From the NCBI GenBank assembly GCA_050013255.1, contig JBEKFP010000001.1, positions 672,001-736,000 of the forward strand: a stretch of 64,000 nucleotides of DNA, written 5' to 3'. This DNA comes from Candidatus Bathyarchaeia archaeon (GTDB lineage Archaea; Thermoproteota; Bathyarchaeia; 40CM-2-53-6). Both the position numbers and the translations under genes were made by a program. Position 1 is the first letter of the stretch, and each line of letters starts with the position of its first letter. Of the stretch, positions 18,913 to 29,300 are shown piece after piece. The notes under the pieces are model-generated. The model was not told the origin of the DNA, searched no databases, and saw only the letters and a program-made list of their open reading frames with translations.

Positions 18913-19040
18913 AATGGAAGACTCCTCTCAACGGCGAGTAATGCATTTGCCATTAAGTTCCAGTTGGCCAAATAGGGCTATCGGTAAGTTCTTCAGTTCA
19001 GTCAGTCAAGTTTCACGAAAGAAAACTGAGGTTCGAGACG

Positions 19041-20537
19041 TTGGAGCAACTGCGACGCCTGGTTCAGGAACTTGCGTTAGCAGGATACCAGCTCGACCGT
19101 TCAGCGTATGATTATCTTAGGTCGATGAACGAACTTGACGCAACAAGGTTCGCTAAGAACCTCCTGATAACGATAGGTGAGACCCCTGAAGCAGGACGAA
19201 TTCTTACCAAGCAAGAATTGTTGGAACTCACTGAGCCACCGCAGGCGCTCCAAATCCCCGTCCCAGTCTCAGCAACCATTCCGGCAAAGCAAATGTCCTC
19301 GAGGTTAGAAATCGTAAGGGACCCTTCCAAAGAGATCGGGACAGGTGGCAGCATCGATGACTTCTCACACTACTTCCGAGATAGATTCCACAAGTTGTCA
19401 TCAGCCTTTCGTGAACGATACGATGCAAGGGACGCAACAAACATCGCCAATGCCCTAACCGCCGAACAAAATCAGAAAGTGAAATTCATTGCTATGGTTA
19501 TGGAGAAACGCGAAAGACAAGGGAAACTCTTCTTACAAATCGACGACTTAGAGGACTCAGCCACAGTGCTCGTCTCGGCCGACGCTCGAGCTGCTTACGA
19601 AGTGGCGCAGAAGACCCCTCTCGATCAAGTGATCTGCGTTTCCGGCGTACGGGCGAAGGGAGACCTAATCGTTGCAAAGGAGATCTTACTTCCTGACATC
19701 CCTGACCACAAGCCACACCTCGCCGACGAGGAGGTTTGGGCAGTGTTGCTCTCAGACCTGCATGCCGGTAGCAAGAAGTTCCTCGGGGCTGAGCTCGCTA
19801 GGGTTTTCGATTGGTTGAACCTGAAGATCGGCGGCCCGGACCAACGGGCTATTGCTGAACGAACCAAGTACCTAGTCATCTGCGGGGACATCGTCGACGG
19901 AATCGGAATATACCCACGTCAGGAACAGGAATTGGCAATCGTAGACCTCTATGAACAGTATCGTGAAGCCGCAAAGTACGTGGGCAGGATACCTGAACAC
20001 ATTGAAACGGTTGTGCTTCCAGGAAACCACGACCCAGTGAGACAGGCACTCCCGCAACCTCCCATACCGAAAGATTTCGGGGAATCACTCTACGAGTCAC
20101 GCAAACTTATTTCCTTAGGCAACCCTGCCGAGGTTTCGATGCATGGAGTCAGGCTTCTACTTCACCACGGCCGCAGTCTCGACGACATCATCACAAGCGT
20201 TCCCAACATTGACTTCACGCAGCCCGAGAAGGCGATGAAACTTCAACTGCAATGCCGGCACCTAGCCTCGGAGTACGGGAACAGGACAGCCATAGCCCCC
20301 GAGAAAGTCGACCACCTAATCATAGAAAACATACCTGACATTTTCCAATCAGGGCACATACACGTCGTCAAATATGAAAACTACCGAGGCACGCAAATCA
20401 TCAATTCCGGAGCCTGGCAAGCCCAAACCGATTACCAACGCCGAGTCGGCTTGGTTCCGACACCTGGCATACTAACCGCGGTCAACCTACATACGCTACA
20501 AGTACGATTGATGAACTTCATGGAAACTTCACCATAG
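19041..20537 (+). CDS. polB: DNA polymerase D small (exonuclease) subunit DP1
   Basis: OB fold plus SDLH, GDIVDG, PGNHD, HHG, GHIH phosphoesterase motifs. Confidence 0.93.
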   Translation: MEQLRRLVQELALAGYQLDRSAYDYLRSMNELDATRFAKNLLITIGETPEAGRILTKQELLELTEPPQALQIPVPVSATIPAKQMSSRLEIVRDPSKEIGTGGSIDDFSHYFRDRFHKLSSAFRERYDARDATNIANALTAEQNQKVKFIAMVMEKRERQGKLFLQIDDLEDSATVLVSADARAAYEVAQKTPLDQVICVSGVRAKGDLIVAKEILLPDIPDHKPHLADEEVWAVLLSDLHAGSKKFLGAELARVFDWLNLKIGGPDQRAIAERTKYLVICGDIVDGIGIYPRQEQELAIVDLYEQYREAAKYVGRIPEHIETVVLPGNHDPVRQALPQPPIPKDFGESLYESRKLISLGNPAEVSMHGVRLLLHHGRSLDDIITSVPNIDFTQPEKAMKLQLQCRHLASEYGNRTAIAPEKVDHLIIENIPDIFQSGHIHVVKYENYRGTQIINSGAWQAQTDYQRRVGLVPTPGILTAVNLHTLQVRLMNFMETSP

Positions 20538-20745
20538 GTTAGGAAAAATAGGAATCATCTGTAATAACATCATATCGGAGGAGCGGATCAAATAGCTTAC
20601 GCAGGGGACAAGAAGAAACTCAGTGTTTCTGATGTTTCCAGTAGGCGTCGAATGCGGCCCACGAATTCTTGGAACAGTAAGACTCGTCACAGAGCGGAGC
20701 GATTAGGCTGAACACCTTTTCTAATGTCAGCGAGCGCCCATTCGC

Positions 20746-20910
20746 CTATCTCGTCAGTCTTCTTCCTAATCTGCGTAACCGTTTGCCGATTGTGAGACGC
20801 GCGCCCCTCGTATGTTTCCGGATGGCCCGCTTCGTTTTTCTTCCAGTATGAGCCCTTCTTTTCCTAGGTCTTCGTTTCCTGCTAACACGCCTTCTTGTTC
20901 GTCTTGCCAT
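20746..20910 (-). CDS. unannotated 54-aa Arg/Lys-rich protamine-like protein
   Basis: MARRTRRRVSRKRRPRKRRAHTGRKTKRAIRKHTRGARLTIGKRLRRLGRRLTR; BRE/TATA-like CGAAGTTTTATTT about 26-38 nt upstream. Confidence 0.65.
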   Translation of the reverse strand: MARRTRRRVSRKRRPRKRRAHTGRKTKRAIRKHTRGARLTIGKRLRRLGRRLTR

Positions 20911-21050
20911 GGGCGAACATTGCTCAATATGAAGGAAATAAAACTTCGCAGGTTTTATGAGACTAAACTCAGGGGGTGTTTAGGATCCGTTACAGAAGCC
21001 TATCCCGGATATTCGCAAAACCAAAATGCATGCCACCCGTCCTGATTCGC

Positions 21051-21518
21051 CTAACACATCCAGCGGGGTACATGTTTCCTATACTGCAAGTATGCCTCGC
21101 CGAATTTCCGCTCGAGATATAATTCTTCGGGTTTCACTGTCCCACGTTCCACAACAAAGAGCAACAGTGGGAAGAGCAGAATCAACCAAAGAACATCCAG
21201 GAAAACTGCAATTCCGAGAAAGAAAACAAACATCGAGAGGTAAAGTGGGTTTCGGGTATAACGAAAGACACCCTTCTCGACCAAGGCCGTTGTTGGTTCC
21301 CGTGGATCAGGACTAGTATGCGCCCGACGCATTTCAATTATCCCAGAACCGCCGATCAGAAACCCCGGGACGAGTATTATGACCCCTGCTATCTGAACTG
21401 AACGGCCAGGGAAGAAGGCTAGTGGAAGAACCCAGTTCAATAAGAACCCTAAGATGAGGATCCCAAAGAAAATCACCGGCGCAGGAACAACCCTAGGGCG
21501 GTCAACTTCGGCGTTCAA
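21051..21518 (-). CDS. isoprenylcysteine carboxyl/phospholipid methyltransferase family protein
   Basis: GVFRYTRNPLYL, EELYLERKFG.AY..Y...VPRW. Confidence 0.85.
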   Translation of the reverse strand: MNAEVDRPRVVPAPVIFFGILILGFLLNWVLPLAFFPGRSVQIAGVIILVPGFLIGGSGIIEMRRAHTSPDPREPTTALVEKGVFRYTRNPLYLSMFVFFLGIAVFLDVLWLILLFPLLLFVVERGTVKPEELYLERKFGEAYLQYRKHVPRWMC

Positions 21519-21586
21519 GATTCTAACCTTCGTTCATTTCGTAAATCCACTGAATCAAGTGTTGTTTGGCGGTTAAGGTTTCATGT

Positions 21587-21612
21587 GTGTGAGTCTAATG
21601 GTGCGAGCGTCG
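21587..21612 (-). repeat. dispersed repeat copy overlapping the DUF99 stop
   Basis: GTGTGAGTCTAATGGTGCG. Confidence 0.75.
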
Positions 21613-22224
21613 GAATTTGGACTTGTTTCCGCGTGTTTGCGTGGTCAAGACGCTGAGGCCTCTAGCGAGGATGCCGGCGACTCGGATCGGTTCGGGTAAT
21701 CTGGAAATCATCGCTGCAGATGCAATGGCTTTCTTGGCGAATGAAAGGGGGGCACCATTCACTTCGAAGTATAGTTTAGGTTCTTGCGGAAGTGGTTTGA
21801 AGGCGTAGAGGCGTCCAGCATTCCGAACTATGCGCCAGCGCTCTTTCCAATCGCTAAAATGTTTTCGCAAAGCCCGCAGGACGGCTGGGTTGTCCGGCTT
21901 CTCTCTACTGATAGCGATAACCGGCTTCCGCGTGGATCGGGTGAGTTGATGGATGTCGACGAGGTTAAATCCTCCGAAAGAAATGCCGGAAAGCATCACA
22001 ACGTCAAACCGCAAGTTCTTGAGAAGGGAGTTTAGGACGCGGTTGGCGTCCCTCCCATCAACTTCTATGCGTCCGAGTCTGACATCGGAAATAGTTGAGC
22101 CCTGGAAGAGTACTGCGACTAGGAGGGCGTATTGCTTCACTCTCCTAATTGCTGGAATTGCCCCGTCGTCGATTCCAACAATTCTTAAGCTAGGATTGGT
22201 GTTTCTGGAGGGACTTTGGGACAT
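21595..22224 (-). CDS. DUF99 family (endonuclease V-like) protein
   Basis: GIDDG, VDGRDA, GISFGGFNLVD, PEPIRVA. Confidence 0.85.
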   Translation of the reverse strand: MSQSPSRNTNPSLRIVGIDDGAIPAIRRVKQYALLVAVLFQGSTISDVRLGRIEVDGRDANRVLNSLLKNLRFDVVMLSGISFGGFNLVDIHQLTRSTRKPVIAISREKPDNPAVLRALRKHFSDWKERWRIVRNAGRLYAFKPLPQEPKLYFEVNGAPLSFAKKAIASAAMISRLPEPIRVAGILARGLSVLTTQTRGNKSKFRRSHH

Positions 22225-23416
22225 ATCCGAAGAGTCTGCCTGCAAGGTTGTCCTCGGCGTACGTGTCTGTGATCACTCGCGGTGAGATGCCTATTCTTAT
22301 TTTCTTGGTTCGGCCATACCGGCCGAAACTCACCACCCGCGCATTCAGTATCCCCAGCACGTCCAATTCGTTAATCAGCCCGCTAACCCTACGCTGCGTT
22401 AGGGGTTCCAGGTCGCTGTGTGAACAGAGTTCATGGTAGACTTCGTACACGTCGCCCGTAATCGCGCCTGCGGGAAGGTTGTTGCTGAGCAGGAAGGCGC
22501 TGACTAAGAGTATCTTAGAATGCGCTGGAAGGGACTTCAATACCTCTGACACGCGGTCGTGTTCAATTTTCTGTTGCGCCAGACGAACATGTTGTTCCAC
22601 GATGTGTGTGGCACCTTCACGTTCCGCCAATTCTCCAGCCACTCTAAGCATGTCCAAAGCGCGCCGGGCATCACCATGCTCCCCAGCCGCGAGAGCTGAA
22701 CAAAGCCTCAGGGCGTTCTCATCAAGGCGGCCGTTAATGAAAGCCAGCTTAGCGCGGTCCATCAAAATATCGAAGAGTTCATTCGCCAGGTATGGCCGAA
22801 AGACCACCTCCTCTTCACTTAGAGAACTGAGCACCCGCGGATCCAGAAATTCCTTGAAATGAAGATCGTTTGAAATTCCCACGATGCTAATCCAAGAGGA
22901 GTTCAAGTTCTCATTGATCCTCGTCAACTCGTAGAGTAGCGAGTCGTCCGCGCTATGCTTTATGAGGGCATCAATCTCGTCCAAAGTAACCAGCAACGCA
23001 GTCCGGTCCGCATTTATCCCGCTACAGAACCGGTCGAGCAACTCACCGACTGCAATCCCCGTGAAGGGCACTTCCACGCCCACGGCCCTACAGATCTCAG
23101 CAAGCACCCGGTAATTCGTTCCCGCCAAACGGCAGTTTATGTAAGCAATCCTAACCGGTGCTCCAATCTCTCTCGCTTTCTTCTCAAGTTTGTCAAGCAC
23201 AAATTTCGTGACAATTGTTTTACCGGTCCCCGTTTTACCGTAAACGAACAGATTCGAGATCTTAGACTGCTGAAGCGCGGGAGCTAGCATGCCGGCCAAG
23301 CGCTGGATATGTTCGTCCCTGTGGGGTAGGTGGCTGGGCATGTAGTCATGGCGTAAGACATCACGGTCTTCGAAAATGTTGGCGGTCGACAGATATTTGT
23401 CGAATAAAGTCTCCAT
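22190..23416 (-). CDS. cdc6: Orc1/Cdc6 replication initiator
   Basis: LPHRDE, GKTGTGKT, LDEID, GDARRALD, C-terminal wHTH with GRYGRTK. Confidence 0.95.
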   Translation of the reverse strand: METLFDKYLSTANIFEDRDVLRHDYMPSHLPHRDEHIQRLAGMLAPALQQSKISNLFVYGKTGTGKTIVTKFVLDKLEKKAREIGAPVRIAYINCRLAGTNYRVLAEICRAVGVEVPFTGIAVGELLDRFCSGINADRTALLVTLDEIDALIKHSADDSLLYELTRINENLNSSWISIVGISNDLHFKEFLDPRVLSSLSEEEVVFRPYLANELFDILMDRAKLAFINGRLDENALRLCSALAAGEHGDARRALDMLRVAGELAEREGATHIVEQHVRLAQQKIEHDRVSEVLKSLPAHSKILLVSAFLLSNNLPAGAITGDVYEVYHELCSHSDLEPLTQRRVSGLINELDVLGILNARVVSFGRYGRTKKIRIGISPRVITDTYAEDNLAGRLFGYVPKSLQKHQS

Positions 23417-23499
23417 AACATCTACGGTTGGCGTATTGAAACCTCCAATGGCAAAGGTGCTATTACATGTTGAAAACTAGCTAACCATTCTTGTACAAG

Positions 23500-23950
23500 A
23501 AAACCAACAAGAGCAACTGGAACTTCAACCGTAAATGAACCATGGACTCGCAAAAATTGTTGTAAAATCTCAAATGTAACTAGTAAATAACCCCCTCACC
23601 CCTACATTTCCACTCCAAATGTAAGAATAACTCGGGGTGTTTGAGAGATTGATTAGAAGAACTCTGTGGTGTTAATGCCTTTCACTGGTATAGCGTAATG
23701 CGTTTACTCAATTGTATAATATGCTCTAATTTTCATAAATAGCTGAATTGAGGATTGAGGCATGCTTCAAGGTTTGTCCAGTCGAAATGAAGGGGTTAGG
23801 GAGGCCTTTTCTGAATATTATTGGCAGTCTTAACATGTTGTCATCTGTGGAATGTCACAATAACCCCTCTATTTCCACTGTAAGCACAAAATTGCTACTG
23901 GAAATCTATGCGTTATCCCATCCACAATTAAGTTCAACTTATTACATGTG
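23500..23950. other. replication origin (oriC) with ORB elements
   Basis: ORBs TTGGAGTGGAAATGTAGGGG (-, 23599-23618), GTCCAGTCGAAATGAAGGGG (+, 23776-23795), TTACAGTGGAAATAGAGGGG (-, 23864-23883); AT-rich; upstream of cdc6. Confidence 0.88.
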
Positions 23951-23972
23951 AATCGCTAACTGTGTATGTGTT

Positions 23973-24365
23973 ATGAAGAAGCGTATCAAACTAGAATTCT
24001 TTGATCGACAGGGTATGAAACATAGCATTGCAATTGAAGGCGAAGTTACAGCCGACAAAGTCAACCACTTGCTAGAGTACGCTGAGATCGTGGCCGGTTC
24101 AAATCAGAGAGCCCCATTACTGCCCGGAACCCAGGATAGTAAGATAAGTAGATTGTTGGATGTAATCAACACGCGGCTAGTGGACCGTAGCTTTGATTCA
24201 CGTGAAATTTTGCAGGCTTACAGGGAAGCTTGGGGGGATGATTTTACGCTCGGGGCCGTATCGACCTACTTGTCCCGTTTGGTTGATCGGGGAACGTTGG
24301 AGAGGACTGGTTCGGCGTCCCACTGGTTCTATAAGCTTAAGCCTTCTCCGACTCTTTCTCCGTAA
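23973..24365 (+). CDS. oriC-adjacent protein with C-terminal winged helix
   Basis: LGAVSTYLSRLVDRGTLERTG wHTH. Confidence 0.7.
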   Translation: MKKRIKLEFFDRQGMKHSIAIEGEVTADKVNHLLEYAEIVAGSNQRAPLLPGTQDSKISRLLDVINTRLVDRSFDSREILQAYREAWGDDFTLGAVSTYLSRLVDRGTLERTGSASHWFYKLKPSPTLSP

Positions 24366-25074
24366 CCTCCGTGCCGGCGGGCTGCAGGGCAGAACGGGCC
24401 GTCTCGCTCAACTTATACCTGAATGGGGCTCGGTTTGATTCGCGGTCCACATACCCTTCCAAGTACAATTTCTTCATCAGCCGCGAGGTGTGCTCCCTCG
24501 ACTTCCTTAGCCGTTGCCCTAGTTCGGGCGCCGCCTTCAAGCCTTCAGCGTTCAAAATCATGAGTGTCTCACGCTCCGTGGGTGTCAACGAGGACAGGAT
24601 GTCTCCTTCACTGACGACGCCACCCAAGTTCGTGCGTTTAGTCGGGGGTTGGACTACTGCACCTATGTGTGGCAGGGAGGCGAACCTAGCTTTCAAATTC
24701 TCAAGGTCGGCTACGAAACGTTTGTCATTGCTTAGGACTTCTTCGAGGCGCTTGAGCAGCTGAAGGTTGGACGAGCGAAGCGCCACCTGCTCCCATTCCA
24801 CCCCACCAATGCGCGTTTTCAAGTCATCCACCTCACTCTGCGCTTGGCTGACGACGGACTCGGATTGCTCAATGCGGGACGTAAGGGCGTCCACAATTAC
24901 GTTGATGATTGAGGCTGATTCCATAAGGGCCTGCTTACTTTGTTTGAAGGCGTGGACAGCCTTGGCTGCTAAGAGGACGAGGATTACGAGGACGGCGGCA
25001 GAAACTGCGTCCACAGCGATTGTGAATGGGTCCAAGGTGGATGAGACCTTACCGATTAGGTATTTCAAAGTCAT
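24337..25074 (-). CDS. membrane-anchored coiled-coil protein with C-terminal wHTH
   Basis: N-terminal TM, heptad region, LTPTERETL...SREHTSRLMKKLYLEGYVDR. Confidence 0.75.
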   Translation of the reverse strand: MTLKYLIGKVSSTLDPFTIAVDAVSAAVLVILVLLAAKAVHAFKQSKQALMESASIINVIVDALTSRIEQSESVVSQAQSEVDDLKTRIGGVEWEQVALRSSNLQLLKRLEEVLSNDKRFVADLENLKARFASLPHIGAVVQPPTKRTNLGGVVSEGDILSSLTPTERETLMILNAEGLKAAPELGQRLRKSREHTSRLMKKLYLEGYVDRESNRAPFRYKLSETARSALQPAGTEVTEKESEKA

Positions 25075-25080
25075 TTACAC

Positions 25081-25290
25081 GTGTGATGTCACACTGGTCG
25101 TTTGACGTCACAATGATGACGCGGTGATGAAAGTATGATGCCCTCTCATATCACAACCTCACGAAACCAGGTTCGCTATGGCTAGATGGAGCTGAGAAAG
25201 TCTCATTTTTAGCCTTTCGCAATGTTTGACTTCATTATCGTGATGTTGGGTGGACGCCTGAAGCTCGATGGATATCACGTGATGTCACGT
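25081..25290. promoter_or_regulatory. array of TGA(T/C)G(TCA) sites, partly phased at 11 bp
   Basis: GTGTGATGTCACAC 25081-25094; TGAYG at 25103, 25114, 25125, 25136; TGACTTCA 25227; ACGTGATGTCACGT 25277-25290. Confidence 0.65.
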
Positions 25291-25304
25291 TAGAGCTAGA
25301 ACTC

Positions 25305-25763
25305 TTAGCCTTCGAGAGTGTCCTTGAAGCTTTGACGTTTGGCTAGGGCGGAAATGCTGTCGCGAAGCCTTTGATTCAGTTGTTCGATAGCTTCATGGTC
25401 TGTTTGGCCAATTTGTCTAGCTTGTTGGATGTAGCCTTGGATTGTGTCAGAGAGCTCCGTGAACGGTTGAAGAGAGGGCGTATCGAAAAGCCCTACGTAC
25501 CCAAGGAGAAGAATGGTGTAAATCGAGCGAATCACATTGTTTTGGGCTTGAATTAAGGTCCGATTATAAGCGCCACGGCTGACACGTCTCCCGGAGGGCC
25601 TAAACAGGCGCCTATGCGCCTTCAATGCCCCTTTTTCGCTTGAGAGAGAATCGGCGAGAATTGTCTCTAACTGGGGCAGAGTCAGTTGGCTGCTTCGGAG
25701 AAGCAGCTTGGTAACGGGATCGCTGAGCGTATCACGAATTGAGGCACGAGCCTCTGACACCAT
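25305..25763 (-). CDS. conserved archaeal hypothetical protein (HTH-like)
   Basis: LLRSSQLT..QLE, VSRGAYNRTLIQA.NNV..SIYT.LLLGY; start placed at ATG 25763. Confidence 0.65.
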   Translation of the reverse strand: MVSEARASIRDTLSDPVTKLLLRSSQLTLPQLETILADSLSSEKGALKAHRRLFRPSGRRVSRGAYNRTLIQAQNNVIRSIYTILLLGYVGLFDTPSLQPFTELSDTIQGYIQQARQIGQTDHEAIEQLNQRLRDSISALAKRQSFKDTLEG

Positions 25764-25984
25764 ATCGGGACGGTCAGACGTATGAACAGCCTCATGGATA
25801 CGGTTTTGTATTCGCTTAAGGCTTTTTCGACAACTTGGACTTAACCTACAAAGTTGCCGCCGAGAAATTGTTCCGTTCCATGATGCCTCCCCATTCTGCA
25901 ATGGTGATGTTGAAAGTCATGGAATCTGCAATCTTGAAATACGGCGGGATTCATGTCGCCTCCTGACAAAGAAGGGGATTCTAG

Positions 25985-26248
25985 TTGGGTAGGCGTAGGA
26001 GAAGAGTCGTCAAGGTAGTCAAGAAGAAACTTCCATCCGTTTTCACTTGCCCCTCATGTGGCGAGGAATCAATACGCGTCAAATTGCCCCAGGGGCCCGG
26101 CCCTGCTATCGTTCAATGCGGCGCATGTGGACTCAAACGTGAATTCGAAGCCACACCATCCAGCCAGATTGTCGACATATACTGCATGTTCACGGACTCC
26201 TATTACTCAAAAGAGAAACCGCCCGAAACCCCTCAGCAAACATCGTAA
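25985..26248 (+). CDS. elf1: transcription elongation factor Elf1
   Basis: MGRRRRR...FTCPSCG...CGACG...VDIYCMFTD. Confidence 0.88.
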   Translation: MGRRRRRVVKVVKKKLPSVFTCPSCGEESIRVKLPQGPGPAIVQCGACGLKREFEATPSSQIVDIYCMFTDSYYSKEKPPETPQQTS

Positions 26249-26335
26249 CCTCCAACGTACTCGTATAATCAGTTGGATCATCCAGCCTCTCAGTGTTAAA
26301 TTACGGTTAGCCCTTCTGTAAACTGGGCTAGCCTA

Positions 26336-29300
26336 ATGGCAGCAACTGTTCTCAGCGAGCACGATGCGTATTTCCAACGCCTCAAAGAGCAGTTGGATAG
26401 AATTTACGATCTTGCTAGGCAGGCGAGGGCGAAAGGGTTCGACCCCTCACCAGAACCTGAATCCCTACTGACCCATGATGTCGCAGAGCGTGTCGAGAAG
26501 GCTGTTGGCCCAGTTGGAGTAGCGTCCCGAATCCGTGAGCTCTCGGATGTCATGCAGCGCGAGCTTGTCGCGCTCAAGATTGCTGAGGAAATTGCCCTCG
26601 GCAAGTATGGAGGTATAGAGGAAGGGGCAGCGGAGCAGGCTGTGCGGACCGCTTCAGCCATACTAGATGAAGGGGTGACCGCGGCGCCGATAGAGGGAAT
26701 CTCCAGCGTCCGCATTAGAACAAATCAGGATGGGAGCAGGTATCTTGCGGTCTACTTTGCCGGCCCCATAAGGTCCGCAGGCGGCACCGATATGGCTCTT
26801 ATTCTCGTTATCGCCGATTACGTTCGCCATCAACTCGGCTTGGGTAAGTACAAGGCTACGGAACTTGAAGCGAAACGATTCGTGGAAGAGCTCCGCATCT
26901 ATGAGAGAGAAGTCGCCAGATTTCAATTCAAAGTCTCGGATGAGGAGTTGTTCAACGCCATCATGCGGCTGCCGGTGGAGGTTAACGGGGTTGAAACCGA
27001 CCCGGTCGAGGTGAGCGCGTACCGAAATGTTCCGAGGGTAGATACCAACAGAGTCAGGGGTGGGGCGCTCAGGGTCGTTCACGATGGTTTGATTGGGAGA
27101 AGCCACAAGGTACTGAAGATTGTCGACAGTCTCGGTATCGAAGGGTGGAGTTGGCTGAGGGAGATTAAGCCCCCCGTCGCTGAGGCGGAGGAGGCGCGTG
27201 AGTTCATGTTCATGGAGGACGTTCTCGCAGGCCGGCCGATATTCTCCTTCCCACAGTTCACAGGAGGCTTTAGGCTTAGATATGGACGGGCTCGAAACAC
27301 GGGGCTTGCGGCCATCGGGCTCCATCCATCAACTATGCTGGTCCTTGGAAAGTTCATTGCAGTTGGGACGCAATTGAGGCTTGAGAAGCCTGGAAAAGCG
27401 GGAATTGCTGCGACGGTCGACTCCATCGAACCCCCAATCGTGAAACTGAACGACGGATCCGTCGTAAGGCTCTTCGACCCTAAGGAAGCGGAAAGGCTGC
27501 TTAATTCAATCAGCAAAATCCTCTTCCTCGGTGACATTCTTGTGGGGTTCGGGGAATTCCTTGAGAACAACCGCCCCCTGCTACCGTCGGGTTTTGTTGA
27601 AGAATGGTGGCGTGAACTCGTTAGGCTTGAGGCTGCGAACTACGGCGGCCTTGAGGCTTTCGCGAAACATGTCGGTGTGAATGGAACCGAACTGATCGAT
27701 TGGGTTGCAGACTCAGGTGGAACCTTCCCAACCACCGAGGACGCACTGCGCATCGCGAGACACTCCAAAATACCGTTACACCCGAGGTACACGTACTTCT
27801 GGGAGAATATTGCCCCCCAAGACTTCGACCAGTTACGCTCTAGGCTGATGGACAAGGGCCAAACAGAAGCCTCCCCTAGGCGAATCGTGACTAGGAAAGA
27901 ACCCCTAACCAAGGCTATTCTGGAGAACCTCTGCATCCCACACAATGTCGACGGCGAATCCATTGTAATCGAGGCGGAGGCGCCCATACTGTACGAATGC
28001 CTCGGCCTGTCTTCCCCTGCGAAACCACTTGAGGGTGGAGACGTCTTCCAAAAGATCGCCCAAGCATCGGCCATACAAGTGATGAGGAAGGCCCCGGTTT
28101 ACGTGGGCGCTAGGATGGGGCGGCCGGAAAAGGCAAAACGGCGGGAAATGCGGCCATTAGTCCACTGCCTCTTCCCAGTGGGGTTAGCTGGGGGCCCAAG
28201 GAGAAGTATCGTGGAGGCGGCCACGGAGCATTCTGTTATTTCCGTCGAAATAGCGTATCGTAAATGCGGCGGCTGCGGCAACATAACCCACCTCAACTTC
28301 TGTGAAAGATGCGGCGAGAAAACCGCGAAAGTTTTTGTCTGCCCGAAATGTGGCGCTGAGGGCGCCAACAAGACCTGCCCCAACTGCCGGAGCATTTCGC
28401 GAGCGTACACGGAGAGAAGTGTGCCGCTTAGAGACTTGTTGAATTCAGCGGAAAGAAAACTCTCCCTGACGGTGATCCCTGAGGCTGTGAAAGGAGTGCG
28501 GGGGTTGACTAACGATGCTAAAGCCCCAGAACCCCTCGAGAAAGGCCTACTACGCGCGAAACATGACGTATCCGTCTTCAAAGATGGGACGGTTCGCTTT
28601 GACGCAACCAACGCGCCCCTCACACACTTCAAACCGGCCGAGGTCGGCGTTGAGGTTGAGAAACTTCAAGCGCTAGGCTACAACGTGGACATGAACGGCG
28701 AACCCCTCAAGTCGGCCGAGCAGTGCTGCGCTCTCAAAGTGCACGATATCATAGTGACCGAACAGTGCGGCGACTATTTTGTCAGGGTTGCAAAGTTCCT
28801 CGATGAACTACTACAAACCTTCTACGGTCTACCCCCATTCTACCAAGCAAGAACGAGGCAGGACATAGTCGGCCAACTGGTCGTCGGCCTCTCACCCCAC
28901 ACCTCAGTCGGAGTCATAGGCCGCATAATCGGCTTCACCCGCGCCGCCGTCTGCTTCGCACACCCCTTCTGGCACGCTACCAAGCGCAGGGATTGTGACG
29001 GTGATGAGGATTCTGTTAGCTTAGCTTTGGATATTTTGCTGAATTTCTCGAGGCAGTATCTGCCTTCAAGGATTGGGGGTATTATGGATGCGCCGCTCTT
29101 GTTGTCGGCGGCCATCAAGCCCAGCGAGATTGCACGTCAGGCCTTCAACCTTGAAACCGTGCAGCGCCTACCACTGAAATTTTTCGAGGAGACGCAGATA
29201 CGTACGGATCCGAAGGCGTTGACGGGGTTAATCGAGACGGTGCAGAAGAAGCTTGGCTCCGACGCCGTCTTGGGATCGCTTGGGTTCACGCATGACACTC

